From an uncultured Chloroflexia bacterium (GTDB lineage Bacteria; Chloroflexota; Limnocylindria; Limnocylindrales; CSP1-4): a stretch of DNA of 64,000 nt. The notes beneath the pieces were generated by a model that was given only the letters and a program-made list of their open reading frames with translations, was not told where the DNA came from and made no database searches. Numbering within the stretch: the stretch's first letter is position 1; each line of letters starts with the position of its first letter. Where the stretch lies: assembly GCA_963699965.1 (NCBI GenBank), contig CAVOVX010000007.1:142885-206884 (forward strand), written 5' to 3'. The position numbers and the translations under genes were made by a program. This document shows, one piece after another, positions 18,376 to 27,651 of this stretch.

Positions 18376-19206
18376 GTGAGCGCCGGTCCGGTCGACCCGA
18401 TCCGCGCGAACAACGCCCTGTGGGACGACTGGACCGCGATCCACGAACGGTCGGCGTTCTATGACCTTGATGGGTTCAAGCGCGGCGGGGTCCGGCTCGG
18501 GGCCTACCAGATCGCCGAGGTCGGCGACGTCTCGGGCCTCGACCTGCTCCATCTCCAGTGCCATTTCGGGATCGACACCCTGTCGTGGGCCAGGCTCGGG
18601 GCCCGGGTGACGGGGGCCGACTTCAGCCAGGCGGCGATCGACCTGGCGCGGTCCGTCGCGAACGAGGTTGGCTTTCCGGACGCACGCTTCGTGCGATCGG
18701 ACCTGTACGACCTGCCGGACGTCCTCGACGCGGAGTTCGACGTCGTCTACACGTCAAACGGCGTGCTCGGCTGGCTGCCCGACATCCGGCGCTGGGCACA
18801 CGTCGTCGCGCACTTCGTGCGGCCCGGCGGTCGCTTCTACGTCAACGAGATCCACCCGGTCATGCAGGCGTTCGAGCCCGAGGGGGTTGGGCCGGGCGAG
18901 CTCCGGCTGGCGTTCCCGTACTGGGAGCACCCGGAGCCACTGGCGTTCCCGGTCCAGGGTTCCTATGCCGACCCGAGCGCCGACGTCGGCGATCGGACCG
19001 AGTATGGCTGGGACCATTCGCTGGGTGAGATCGTCAGTGCGCTGATCGACGCCGGGCTCCAGCTGACCTGGCTGCGCGAGCACCCGTTCCTCAACTGGAA
19101 GCTCGACTTCCTCGTCGAAGCGCCGGACGGCACGTGGCGGCTGCCGCCGGGCAGCCAGGGCGAGCTGCCCTTGTCGTTCTCGCTCCTGGCGACCAAGCCC
19201 GGCTGA
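18376..19206 (+). CDS. class I SAM-dependent methyltransferase
   Basis: Intact 276 aa. Motifs: LDLLHLQCHFGIDTLSWARLGARVTGADFS (motif I region), VVYTSNGVLGWLPD, PGGRFYVNEIHP. Confidence 0.85.
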   Translation: MSAGPVDPIRANNALWDDWTAIHERSAFYDLDGFKRGGVRLGAYQIAEVGDVSGLDLLHLQCHFGIDTLSWARLGARVTGADFSQAAIDLARSVANEVGFPDARFVRSDLYDLPDVLDAEFDVVYTSNGVLGWLPDIRRWAHVVAHFVRPGGRFYVNEIHPVMQAFEPEGVGPGELRLAFPYWEHPEPLAFPVQGSYADPSADVGDRTEYGWDHSLGEIVSALIDAGLQLTWLREHPFLNWKLDFLVEAPDGTWRLPPGSQGELPLSFSLLATKPG

Positions 19207-19255
19207 GCCGGCCCGCCGACGCCCCGCCCCGACCCGAGCCCCTAGACTCCGGAGC

Positions 19256-19787
19256 ATGGACGTCGGACCGGAGCTGTTCCGCAAGGTGATGGGTCATTTC
19301 GTCACCGGGGTCACGGTCGTGACGACGTTCGACGGCCGATGGTCGACCGGCCGGGATCACGGTGAACGCCCTGAGCTCCGTCTCGCTCGATCCGCCGCTC
19401 GTGGTCGTCGCCCTCGACCGGCGTCGGTTCATCACGCCCATCGTCCACGCCGCGCGCCGCTTCGCGGTGAGCATCCTGGCCGAGGAGCAGCAGGCCCTGT
19501 CCGACTGCTTCGCCGGGGCCGAGGTGACGCCCGGGCGCGACGAGTTCTGCGGGGCGGCATGGTCCCCCGGGGTCACCGGCCTGCCGATCCTCGACGGCGC
19601 GATCGCGTCGCTTGAGTGCACCCTCGTCGAGACCTACCCGGTCGGCGACCATGACCTGTTCATCGGGCAGGTCGTCGCCGTCGCGAACGAGGAACACCAT
19701 CCGCAGCCGCTGCTCTACTACCGGCGGCGCTACCTGCGGATCGATCGGGCCGCCACGCTCCCGGTCGAGGGTCGGCAGGAGGGCTGA
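19256..19787 (+). pseudogene. flavin reductase (HpaC/NADH:FMN oxidoreductase-like), one frame change near 19340-19365
   Basis: MDVGPELFRKVMGHFVTGVTVVTTFDG, then one frame over GITVNALSSVSLDPPLVVVALDRR ... LPILDGAIASLECTLVETYPVGDHDLFIGQVVAV. Confidence 0.8.
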
Positions 19788-19790
19788 CGG

Positions 19791-20621
19791 GTGCCGTCGG
19801 TGACTGCCAACGGCCTCGACATCGGCTACGAGGTCCACGGTGCCGGCCCGCCGCTCGTCCTCCTCCATGGCGCAACCTCGTCCGGGCGCGAGGACTTCGC
19901 GGCGCAGGTGCCGCTGTTCTCGAAGGCCTTCCGGGTCTACCTGCCCGATGCCCGTGGCCATGCCACCACCCGCTGGGACGCGGCGAACGGCTGGACGTTC
20001 GCCGAGCTCGTCGACGACGTTGCCGCCTTCGCCGACGCGATCGGACTTGGGACGTTCCACCTGCTCGGCTTCTCGATGGGGGCGATGACGGCGCTCCAGT
20101 TCGCCGTTCGCTGGCCGGAGCGGTTGAGGACGCTCATCGTGGCCGGCATCACGCACCCAGCGCGAGCCGCGGACGAGCGTCGCCCGGCGGCTCATGGACC
20201 CGGCCTGGATCGACCGGAACGAGCCGGCGCGGGCGGCGGCCCTGGGTCGGCGGCACGACCCGGTCCAGGGCGTCGGCGCCTGGCGCCGGTTGCTGCCCGC
20301 GATCGCCCACGACATCGCCGTCCAGCCGCTGCTCGGCGCCGCGCGACCTCCGTCGGATCGAGCTTCCGGCGATGGTCGCCGTCGGCGACCGGGACGTGTT
20401 CGTCGCCCGTCGACCACGCCTGGGGCCTCGCTCGTCAGCTGCCGGACGCGCGGCTGCTCGTGGCGCCGGACTGCCCGCACGAGATCGTGGCTCGCCGACC
20501 CGCCCTGTTCAACGAGGCCTGTGCCGAGTTCTACCGATCGACCGAGGCGATCGTCGGGCGCAGGTCGGGGAGCTGGCCACCGGCCGACCGGTCGGCCGAG
20601 ACCGAAGGAGGATCGCTGTGA
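19791..20621 (+). CDS. alpha/beta hydrolase; the ORF is open end to end, but the central part (about 20150-20400) appears out of frame
   Basis: Ends in frame: GPPLVLLHGATSSGREDF, HLLGFSMGAMTALQFA (GxSxG nucleophile elbow), and at the C-terminus PVDHAWGLARQLPDARLLVAPDCPHEI. The middle is Arg/Pro junk in this frame. The other two frames read MDPAWIDRNEPARAAALGRRHDPVQGVGAWRRLLPAI and DLRRIELPAMVAVGDRDVFV, which fit the hydrolase lid and core. Confidence 0.7.
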   Translation: MPSVTANGLDIGYEVHGAGPPLVLLHGATSSGREDFAAQVPLFSKAFRVYLPDARGHATTRWDAANGWTFAELVDDVAAFADAIGLGTFHLLGFSMGAMTALQFAVRWPERLRTLIVAGITHPARAADERRPAAHGPGLDRPERAGAGGGPGSAARPGPGRRRLAPVAARDRPRHRRPAAARRRATSVGSSFRRWSPSATGTCSSPVDHAWGLARQLPDARLLVAPDCPHEIVARRPALFNEACAEFYRSTEAIVGRRSGSWPPADRSAETEGGSL

Positions 20622-20956
20622 CGACGCTGCTCGCACTCTTCCGCCGACCTGAGGGCGGCGACGACGCACGGTTGGCCTTCGAACGGGCCTACGCTGCCAG
20701 CCACCTGCCGCTCGTCGTCGGAACGCCGGGCCTGCGGTCGCTCCGCTGCGATCGGGTCGTCGAGGGGCTGGGTGCCCCGGCCGAGCTCGTCCTCGTGACG
20801 TCGATGAGCTTCGACGATCGGGCGGCGCTCGACGCCGGGCTCAGCTCGGATGCGATGCGGGCGGCCGGCCGGAACCTGCGCGAGATCGCCCCAGGGCTCG
20901 CCACGCTGCTCGTCCTCGACACGGCCGAGGAGCTGCTCCCCGACGGCTGGCGTTGA
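20618..20956 (+). CDS. EthD-domain protein
   Basis: The GTG at 20618 overlaps the upstream stop (GTGA). 112 aa: TLLALFRRPEGGDDARLAFERAYAASHLPLV..TPGLRS ... MSFDDRAALDAGLSSDAMRAAGRNLREIA. Confidence 0.7.
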   Translation: MTTLLALFRRPEGGDDARLAFERAYAASHLPLVVGTPGLRSLRCDRVVEGLGAPAELVLVTSMSFDDRAALDAGLSSDAMRAAGRNLREIAPGLATLLVLDTAEELLPDGWR

Positions 20957-21053
20957 GCACTCGAGGTCGATGCAAGGATCCGGCCCGCCTCGGTGTTGTA
21001 GAGGTCGAACGAGGGTCAGCCGACCCGCCGATGACGATCTCGAAGGTGGACCG

Positions 21054-21557
21054 ATGAACCAGGCCGACGCCGATCACGATCTCGATGCTCGACTGACTGC
21101 GCTCGAAGCGCGAGCGCCCGGGCACGACGATCCGCCGCCGCTCACCCGACGAGCGCGGCGCGGACGCTTCGCGCTCCCGGTGGCCATGGCGCCGGCGCTC
21201 GTCCTCCTGCTGGTCGCGACCGCGGTCGCAGGGACGGTCATCGTCGCCAACCAGGCACAAGGCGCTCCCGGCGTCGAGAACCCGGGCCAGCCGCTGGCGG
21301 GCGCGCAGATGGAGTGCATGACCCCGCCCGAGGCGGCAGCGTTCCTTGCGAGCCGCGGCTTTGACGTCGTCGTCTGGCAGGTCGAGTCGGGCGACGCGGG
21401 GTCGAAGTCGAGCTCGCGGTCCGTGCAGCAGTCCGCCCCTCCCGAGCACGGCTACGTGATCCCCGGATCGATCATCGACGGGAAGCTGTACATGGTCATC
21501 GATCAGCGGACAGGCGCCACCGGCAGCGGCGCGTGCTTCGGGATGCCGATGCCGTGA
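21054..21557 (+). CDS. single-pass membrane protein with a small Cys-containing extracytoplasmic domain (candidate anti-sigma or sigma-associated factor)
   Basis: ATG at 21054 preceded by GAAGGTGGA. Cytoplasmic N-terminus, TM helix FALPVAMAPALVLLLVATAVAGTVIVA, then an ectodomain of about 110 aa (MECMTPPEAAAFLASRGFDVVVWQVE ... SGACFGMPMP). Its stop overlaps the sigma-factor start. Confidence 0.6.
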   Translation: MNQADADHDLDARLTALEARAPGHDDPPPLTRRARRGRFALPVAMAPALVLLLVATAVAGTVIVANQAQGAPGVENPGQPLAGAQMECMTPPEAAAFLASRGFDVVVWQVESGDAGSKSSSRSVQQSAPPEHGYVIPGSIIDGKLYMVIDQRTGATGSGACFGMPMP

Positions 21558-22093
21558 GCCCGTCCGACAACCATGGCGGATCGACCGCGTCGACGGCGAT
21601 CGGACCCCGGCAGGTCGCGGCAGCGCGCGACGACCACGGCGCGTTCGAGGTCGCGGTCCGGCCGCACTACGCCAGCCTCGTGCGGCGACTGGTTCTGGTC
21701 CTCGGCAGCGAGCAGGATGCAGAGGACGTGGCCCAGGAGGCCTACCTCCGGGCATTCCGGTCGTGGGACCGGTTCGACGGAACGGATGTCCGGGCCTGGC
21801 TCTACACGATCGGTCTCCGGCTCGCGTTCAACCAGCTCCGCCGCCACCGCCGCTGGCTCGCCGCGATCCAGCGGCTTGAGCCTCGGACGTGGTCGGATCC
21901 GTCCGACCCCGACCTGTGGGCCGCGCTGCGCACCCTCGACGGGCGGACCCGAGCCGCGCTGCTCCTGAACGTCGTCGACGGCTACACCCAGCGTGAGATC
22001 GGGGCGATGCTGGCAGTCCCCGAGGGCACGATCGCCAGCTGGCTGTCGCGTGGCCGGGCCCGGCTGCGCGAGGAGCTCGGCCGGGAGGGCTGA
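21554..22093 (+). CDS. ECF (group IV) RNA polymerase sigma factor
   Basis: GTGA start/stop overlap at 21554. Region 2: DAEDVAQEAYLRAFRSWDRFDG..VRAWLYTIGLRLAFNQLRR. Region 4: RAALLLNVVDGYTQREIGAMLAVPEGTIASWLSRGRARLRE. Confidence 0.85.
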   Translation: MSPSDNHGGSTASTAIGPRQVAAARDDHGAFEVAVRPHYASLVRRLVLVLGSEQDAEDVAQEAYLRAFRSWDRFDGTDVRAWLYTIGLRLAFNQLRRHRRWLAAIQRLEPRTWSDPSDPDLWAALRTLDGRTRAALLLNVVDGYTQREIGAMLAVPEGTIASWLSRGRARLREELGREG

Positions 22094-22157
22094 ACGCCGG
22101 GGGTCGTACGCGCCTTTCGCGGCAGTGGATACTGGCGGCACGCACCGAGGGAGCCGC

Positions 22158-23039
22158 GTGACCGACAACGCGCCCGCGCGGGACAGCGAAGCGTCCGCAC
22201 CGCCGGAGCCGGGAGGGCCGGGCCCGCTCGTCAGGGTCGCCCTGCCCGCCCCACCGGCGTTCGGGCGCGGCGAGCCGGACTCGGGCGTGGCACTCGTGAC
22301 GATCGACCGGCCGGACGTCCTCAACGCGCTCGACGCCTCGGTCCTGGGCAGTCTCGCAGCCGCCTTCCGGCGGCTCGACGCCGATCCTGCCTGCCGGGCG
22401 ATCGTCCTGACCGGCAGCGGCAGCCGGGCGTTCGCCGCCGGGGCCGACATCAAGGCGATGGCCGCAGCCACCCCGGGCACGATCGCTGCGATCGGGGGCT
22501 TCGACCACTGGGCGACATTGGCAGCGGTCGGGGTACCGGTCGTGGCGGCCGTGCGCGGCTTCGCCCTCGGCGGAGGGTGCGAGCTCGCCCTCCAGTGCGA
22601 CGTGATCGTCGCCGCCGACGATGCGATCTTCGGCCAGCCCGAGATCAGGCTCGGGGTGATGCCCGGCGCGGGCGGGACCCAGCGGCTGACGCGGGCGATC
22701 GGCAAGGCCCGGGCGATGCGCTTGATCCTGACCGGGGACACGATCGACGCCCGGGAGGCGGAGCGCCTCGGGCTGATCAGCCTCGCGGTCCCGCCCGAGG
22801 AGACGCTGGATCGTGCCCTCGAGCTCGCGGAGCGGATCGCGGGGATGCCGCCGCTCGCCGTCCGGGCCGCCAAGGCGGCCGTCCGTGCGGCCGACGAGCT
22901 GCCGCTCAGCGAGGGCCTCGAGCTCGAACGCCAGGCGTTCTTCGACCTGTTCGCAACCGCCGACCAGAAGGAGGGCATGGCCGCCTTCGCCGAGAAGCGC
23001 CCGCCCCGTTGGACGGGACGCCAGGGAGGACTGGGATGA
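22158..23039 (+). CDS. enoyl-CoA hydratase/isomerase (crotonase family)
   Basis: GTG at 22158. Motifs: VALVTIDRPDVLNAL, AIVLTGSGSRAFAAGADIK, AAVRGFALGGGCELALQCD, FGQPEIRLGVMPGAGGTQRL, EGMAAFAEKRPPRW. Confidence 0.9.
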   Translation: MTDNAPARDSEASAPPEPGGPGPLVRVALPAPPAFGRGEPDSGVALVTIDRPDVLNALDASVLGSLAAAFRRLDADPACRAIVLTGSGSRAFAAGADIKAMAAATPGTIAAIGGFDHWATLAAVGVPVVAAVRGFALGGGCELALQCDVIVAADDAIFGQPEIRLGVMPGAGGTQRLTRAIGKARAMRLILTGDTIDAREAERLGLISLAVPPEETLDRALELAERIAGMPPLAVRAAKAAVRAADELPLSEGLELERQAFFDLFATADQKEGMAAFAEKRPPRWTGRQGGLG

Positions 23040-23081
23040 CCGACGACTACGATCCGGAGCTGAGGCCGCCGGCGCGCCCGG

Positions 23082-23852
23082 GTGGGGCCGACTACGGGAC
23101 GGACTACGGCCGCGATTCTCGGAGACGAGCCGGCGCCCGCCTACCGCGACGCCCCGCCCGACATCCTCGGGCCGATCGATGCCACTTCCCCGGTGAGCGG
23201 CCACGTCCCGCTGGCGGCGTCGAGCGCCTCCGCGTCGCTCACGCCGGAGCAGAACTGGGACGCTGCCCGGACCGTCGTCGTCCCGGTCCTCCGGCCGGCC
23301 GGCACGACCGGCCTCCGGATCGACGAGGTCGACCGGGAGATGCTCATCGCCAACGCCAACAAGGCCCACACGCTGCCGCTCCTGAGCGACGGTCCGTGCG
23401 ACCTCGTCGTCGCCTACGTCCTGCCGGCGAGCGGCTTCGACGTGATCGTCAACGGCGAGCACCTCCTTGCCTGGAACGTGGAGCCGTCGGTCGTCCACGA
23501 GGCGGCGATGGCCAACCTGGCCGCGTGGTCGGCCGGCGCGGACTGGAGCGACGAGTCGTCCGGCGACCGGCGCCTGCTGAGCTCCGACACGGGCTCCGGG
23601 CTGGACGCCGTGAGGATCCTGCTGCCCGAGGTCCGCGAGCACCTGAACCGCGAGCTCGCCTCGGCCGGCCGGGTGCTCGTCGGGCTGCCCGACCGCCACG
23701 TCCTCCTGGCTGGGGCACTCCGGCCGGGCGACGACGACTTCGCCACGCTCGTCCGCGACTATGTCGTGGAGCACAGCGGCGAGGCCGACGAGCCGATCGA
23801 CCGGCGGATCTTCGAGCTGCGCGGGACCGACCTGGTCGAGTTCGCGGGCTGA
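23082..23852 (+). CDS. hypothetical protein
   Basis: 256-aa ORF with high third-position GC and no motif I recognise. An ATG at 23036 overlaps the upstream stop (ATGA) but is one frame off, so the true N-terminus may be MTDDYDPELRPP... with a frame change near 23110. Confidence 0.5.
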   Translation: MGPTTGRTTAAILGDEPAPAYRDAPPDILGPIDATSPVSGHVPLAASSASASLTPEQNWDAARTVVVPVLRPAGTTGLRIDEVDREMLIANANKAHTLPLLSDGPCDLVVAYVLPASGFDVIVNGEHLLAWNVEPSVVHEAAMANLAAWSAGADWSDESSGDRRLLSSDTGSGLDAVRILLPEVREHLNRELASAGRVLVGLPDRHVLLAGALRPGDDDFATLVRDYVVEHSGEADEPIDRRIFELRGTDLVEFAG

Positions 23853-24643
23853 TGCCGGAGGCGTCCTTCACCGCCCTCCGCTGGGAGGTGGCCGACGGCG
23901 TCGGGACGATCACGCTCGACCGGCCGGACGCCCTGAACAGCCTCGACGCGACGCTCAAGCGCGAGCTCCTCGGCGTGCTTCGTGAGGCCGATCGGGACGG
24001 CGCGGTCCGGGTCGTGATCCTGACCGGTGCCGGTCGCGCGTTCTGCGCTGGCCAGGACCTCAAGGAACGGCTCGTCGCGGATCCGACGCCGCTCGACGTC
24101 GAGGTTCGCGAGCGGTACAACCCGATCGTCCTGGCGATGCGCCGGCTGCCGAAGCCGATCATCGCGGCCGTGAACGGGGTGGCCGCCGGAGCCGGTGCCG
24201 CGCTGGCGTTCGCGGCGGACTTCCGGATCGCGGCCGACGGGGCGAGCTTCGTCCTCGCGTTCGGCCGGATCGGGCTCGCGCCCGACAGCGGCGCCAGCTG
24301 GTTCCTGCCGCGACTCGTCGGCGCGGCTCACGCCGCCGAGCTGCTCTACCTGGCCGACCCGATGCCCGCCGAGGAGGCGCTCCGGATCGGTCTCGTCTCG
24401 CAGGTGGTCGCGTCCGAGGCGCTGCTCCATCACGCCCGGACGCTGGCGGCGAAGCTGGCCCAGGGCTCGCCGATCGCGATCGCCCTGACCAAGCGGGCGC
24501 TCGACCGCTCGCTCGAGGTTGGGCTCGTCGAGGCGCTCGATCACGAGGCGTCGCTCCAGGGCATCGCCGGGCGCTCAGCCGATCATGCCGAGGGGCTCGC
24601 CGCGTTCGTCGAGAAACGGGCGCCCCGGTTCCGCGGGGAGTGA
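23852..24643 (+). CDS. enoyl-CoA hydratase/isomerase (crotonase family)
   Basis: The ATG at 23852 overlaps the upstream stop (TGATG). Motifs: GTITLDRPDALNSL, VVILTGAGRAFCAGQDLK, AAVNGVAAGAGAALAFAADFRIA, LAFGRIGLAPDSGASWFLPRLVG, EGLAAFVEKRAPRF. Confidence 0.9.
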   Translation: MPEASFTALRWEVADGVGTITLDRPDALNSLDATLKRELLGVLREADRDGAVRVVILTGAGRAFCAGQDLKERLVADPTPLDVEVRERYNPIVLAMRRLPKPIIAAVNGVAAGAGAALAFAADFRIAADGASFVLAFGRIGLAPDSGASWFLPRLVGAAHAAELLYLADPMPAEEALRIGLVSQVVASEALLHHARTLAAKLAQGSPIAIALTKRALDRSLEVGLVEALDHEASLQGIAGRSADHAEGLAAFVEKRAPRFRGE

Positions 24644-25831
24644 CCCGGTTCCGAGTGCCGGCCCTGGCCCCTCGCGACTGGCGGGACTGGTCCGCGGTCC
24701 TCTTCCTCGTCGTCTACATCCTCGTCGCGGTCTACGACTGGCGCCTGCCGGGCCGCGACGGGACGTCGTTCGGGCCGGTCTGGGTGGCGGGGAGCAGTCG
24801 TCGTCGTCGTGGCGCTCAGGCTGGTCCGGGGCCGCTGGGAGCCGGTCGCCGCCCTCGCCGCGTGCACATCGGTCGCGGCCCTGCTGACGGACCTCGTCCA
24901 GTTCAACGGCCAGCTGCTTCGTGACCTCGGGATCTACCTCCGGGCGGGGGCCCAGTTCGCCGCCCAGGCGCCGGTCTACCTGTCGACCGTCCTCACCGAG
25001 GCACCGGTCGACAAGACCACCTACCCCTACCTGTATCCGCCGCCGACGCTGCCGATCGTGGCCGTGCTGGCGGCGCTCCCCCGGACGCTCGTCGAAGCCG
25101 GCTGGGTCGTCGGCTCGATCCTGGTCGCGGTCTGGGGGTTGCGGCGGGTCGGGCTGCCGACCCGGTGGGCGATCGCCGCCTTGCTCTGGCCGCCGTTCTT
25201 CCAGGGCCTGTACGTCGGCAACGTCGTCGTTCCCGCGTTTGCCCTGTTCGCCGCCGCCCCGTGGTTCGGGGCCGGGCTCGTCCTGGCCGCCGCGTTCAAG
25301 CCATACAGCGCCATTGCCGCCCTGTGGCTCGTCCGCGAGCGACGCTTCGGCCAGATCGTCCGCGGCGGGGCGATCCTGGCCGGCCTGGCGCTCGTGACCC
25401 TGCCGCTCGTCGGCGTCGACTCGTGGCGCGACTGGCTCGACGGCCTGCGGCTCTACGCGCTGTCCCAGCCTCAGGTCCCGGCCCTGCTCGGGCTCAGCCT
25501 GGGAGCCTACCTTCCCGGCTGGCTGCCGCTCGTCGCGGCACTCGCGGCGATCGGCTGGGCCTGGCTCGGGCGCGGACTCGAAGGTCTGGCCCGCTTCGGC
25601 GTCGCGACGGTCGTCGGATCGCCGTCGCTGTTCGCCCACGGCTTCGTCGTGGCGCTGCCGGCGTTCCTCGAGCTCAACCCGGTCGCCCTGTGGCTTGCGC
25701 TCGGGATCACGAGCGTCGCGCCGGGCCTCGGCTGGTGGCTCTCGATCGTCCTCGTCGTCGTGGCCTCGGTTGCCACGGTTCTCCGCCGGTCGACCGGCGG
25801 TCCGTGGCCGCGCGCCTACGGGACGGTGTAG
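24640..25831 (+). pseudogene. polytopic membrane glycosyltransferase, GT87/DUF2029-like; one frame change near 24790
   Basis: The GTG at 24640 overlaps the upstream stop. WSAVLFLVVYILVAVYDW..GPVWVAG, then one frame over VVVVVALRLVRGRWEPVAALAACTS ... TTYPYLYPPPTLPIVAVLAAL ... AAFKPYSAIAALWLV, plus many further TM helices. Confidence 0.65.
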
Positions 25832-27651
25832 GTCACCACGTCGGAGTGGGCCACGACGAACTTCGCCGGTGAGCCCAGCTCGGTGTAGCGCAGGACCTCG
25901 AGCCGGAAGTGGTATGTGCCGGGCTCGAGCCGGGCCAGCGCCTCGGACGCGCCCCGGTTGCCGACCGCCAGCGCGACATCCGCACCCTGGAGGACGCTCG
26001 GCGTCGGGTCGTCCTTCGAATAGACGATCTTGTACCAGCTGAAGCAGGCGGCCGGACCGTCGTACGGGTTCCAGCTGAATGCCGTCCTGGTCCCGTCACC
26101 GGGCCCTACGATGAGGCTGCCGAGCTCCCGGATCTTCCTGGCCCTGACCGACCGGACCGGGCTCGCCGCGATCGGCTTGCCCGCGGCGTTCAGGGCCAAG
26201 GTCCGGTAGGAGTACGTCCGTCCGGGTTCGACGCGTGTGTCGAAGGCGTTCGTCTTCCAGCGGACGGTCGTGGACGCGCCGTCGAGGGTCCTCGGTCCGC
26301 CGTGCGGTGGATAGCTGGTCGGGATCGACGCCGTCGTGTTCCGAAGGGTCGCGTAGCGACTGAACGTGGAGCCCTTGTACCGGCTCCAGTCGATCACGAC
26401 GCCGCCGTCGCACGGGGTCACGGCGAGGCGCAGCCCGGGCAGCCGAGCCGGTGGCGGCGTCGATGGGGCGTCCGGCGTCCGCTCGGGGCTGGTGACGGTC
26501 CGCGGGGTCGAGTCGGGCGTTGCGGTCGGGCCGGAGCCCGGGGTCGCCGCCGGCGCGGCGGTCGGTCCCGCGGGGCCCACGGCTGGGCCAGCCGATTGGA
26601 CCGCGTCGGCCGGCGCCGGGGTCGGCCCGAGGTCGATCCCGTCGAGCACGCCGAGCTGGAATCCGAGCGCCCGGTCGCGACGGGCGTTGTCGACCAGCCA
26701 CGGATCGGCGAGCTGAGCGGGGTCGATCGGGCCGACGGCCAGGTCCGAGGCGGCCCCGCCGTCGACGACGAGGGTCGCCGCCCGGCCCTCTCCGACGGTC
26801 GTCCGAAGATCGGGTCCAACCAGACCGATCGCATGCTCGAGCCCGAGCAGTCGGACCCGCTCGCGGCCATCCGCGGTGGGACCGCGGTCAAGGTCGAATG
26901 CCGTCCCGAGCGCCTCCCAGGCGACCGGGCCGGTGACGACGACGAAGGTGCCGCCGTCCGGCAGGGCGACTCGCTGGTAGGACCGCCCGGCGAGGAGCTC
27001 GATCCGGGTCCCGCTCGTGGCCAGGTCGATCAGTCGGACGTCGGTACCAGCGTCGAGGCGGGTGAGGCTCGCCCCCAGCACCAGCGTCGCCCGCCCATTC
27101 GCTCCGACCCGGATCTCGTCGTTTGCGAGCAGCACCGTCCCGCCGCCGAGGGTCGTCGCCAGTCCATCGCGGACGAGGGTGGCTCCCGCGGCCTCCGTCG
27201 CCCTTGCATCGAAGGAGGCTGGGAGGAATCGTCCCGAGACCGACCCGAGGACCGCCACCACGAGCGCGGCCGCAACCGCGAGGACCGCCCAGCGCCGGCC
27301 GGCGACGAACTCGGTCGGCCGGCGCCAGCCCGGTCCGGGGACCGCCCGCGGCGGACGGGAGCGTTCGATCGCGCCGGCCGCCGCCGGAGATCCCGCCCGG
27401 TCTCCGGAGTCCGTCGCGCCGGCGTAGCCGGCCATGAGCTGCGCCCGCAGGGCCGCTGCGAACGATGGATCGAGTCGATCGCGCCTCGACGCCAGCCGCT
27501 CGGTACGGACACGCGCACCGGCCGCTGCCAGCTGGCGCTCGAGCTCGGCCAGGTCGTCGGCATCCGGATCGGACGCCGCGTCGAACGGGACGGGCTGGTC
27601 GGCCGGGCGGAGGATCGGTCGCCGTCGCCGGCGTGGCTCGTCAGGCCGCAT
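25816..27651 (-). CDS. membrane-anchored anti-sigma-like protein: disordered N-terminus, TM helix, FecR domain, Pro/Thr/Ala linker, two FN3-like beta-sandwich domains
   Basis: The ATG at 27651 overlaps the end of the sigma gene by 11 nt. TM helix: WAVLAVAAALVVAVLGSV. FecR-like: ATLVRDGLATTLGGGTVLLANDEIRVGANGRATLVLGASLTRLDAGTDVRL. Linker: PAATPGSGPTATPDSTPRTVTSPERTPDAPSTPPP. Two repeats of about 95 aa: GGVVIDWSRYKGSTFSRYATLRN...TYSYRTLALN and TAFSWNPYDGPAACFSWYKIVYSKDD...TYHFRLEVL. Confidence 0.8.
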   Translation of the reverse strand: MRPDEPRRRRRPILRPADQPVPFDAASDPDADDLAELERQLAAAGARVRTERLASRRDRLDPSFAAALRAQLMAGYAGATDSGDRAGSPAAAGAIERSRPPRAVPGPGWRRPTEFVAGRRWAVLAVAAALVVAVLGSVSGRFLPASFDARATEAAGATLVRDGLATTLGGGTVLLANDEIRVGANGRATLVLGASLTRLDAGTDVRLIDLATSGTRIELLAGRSYQRVALPDGGTFVVVTGPVAWEALGTAFDLDRGPTADGRERVRLLGLEHAIGLVGPDLRTTVGEGRAATLVVDGGAASDLAVGPIDPAQLADPWLVDNARRDRALGFQLGVLDGIDLGPTPAPADAVQSAGPAVGPAGPTAAPAATPGSGPTATPDSTPRTVTSPERTPDAPSTPPPARLPGLRLAVTPCDGGVVIDWSRYKGSTFSRYATLRNTTASIPTSYPPHGGPRTLDGASTTVRWKTNAFDTRVEPGRTYSYRTLALNAAGKPIAASPVRSVRARKIRELGSLIVGPGDGTRTAFSWNPYDGPAACFSWYKIVYSKDDPTPSVLQGADVALAVGNRGASEALARLEPGTYHFRLEVLRYTELGSPAKFVVAHSDVVTYTVP

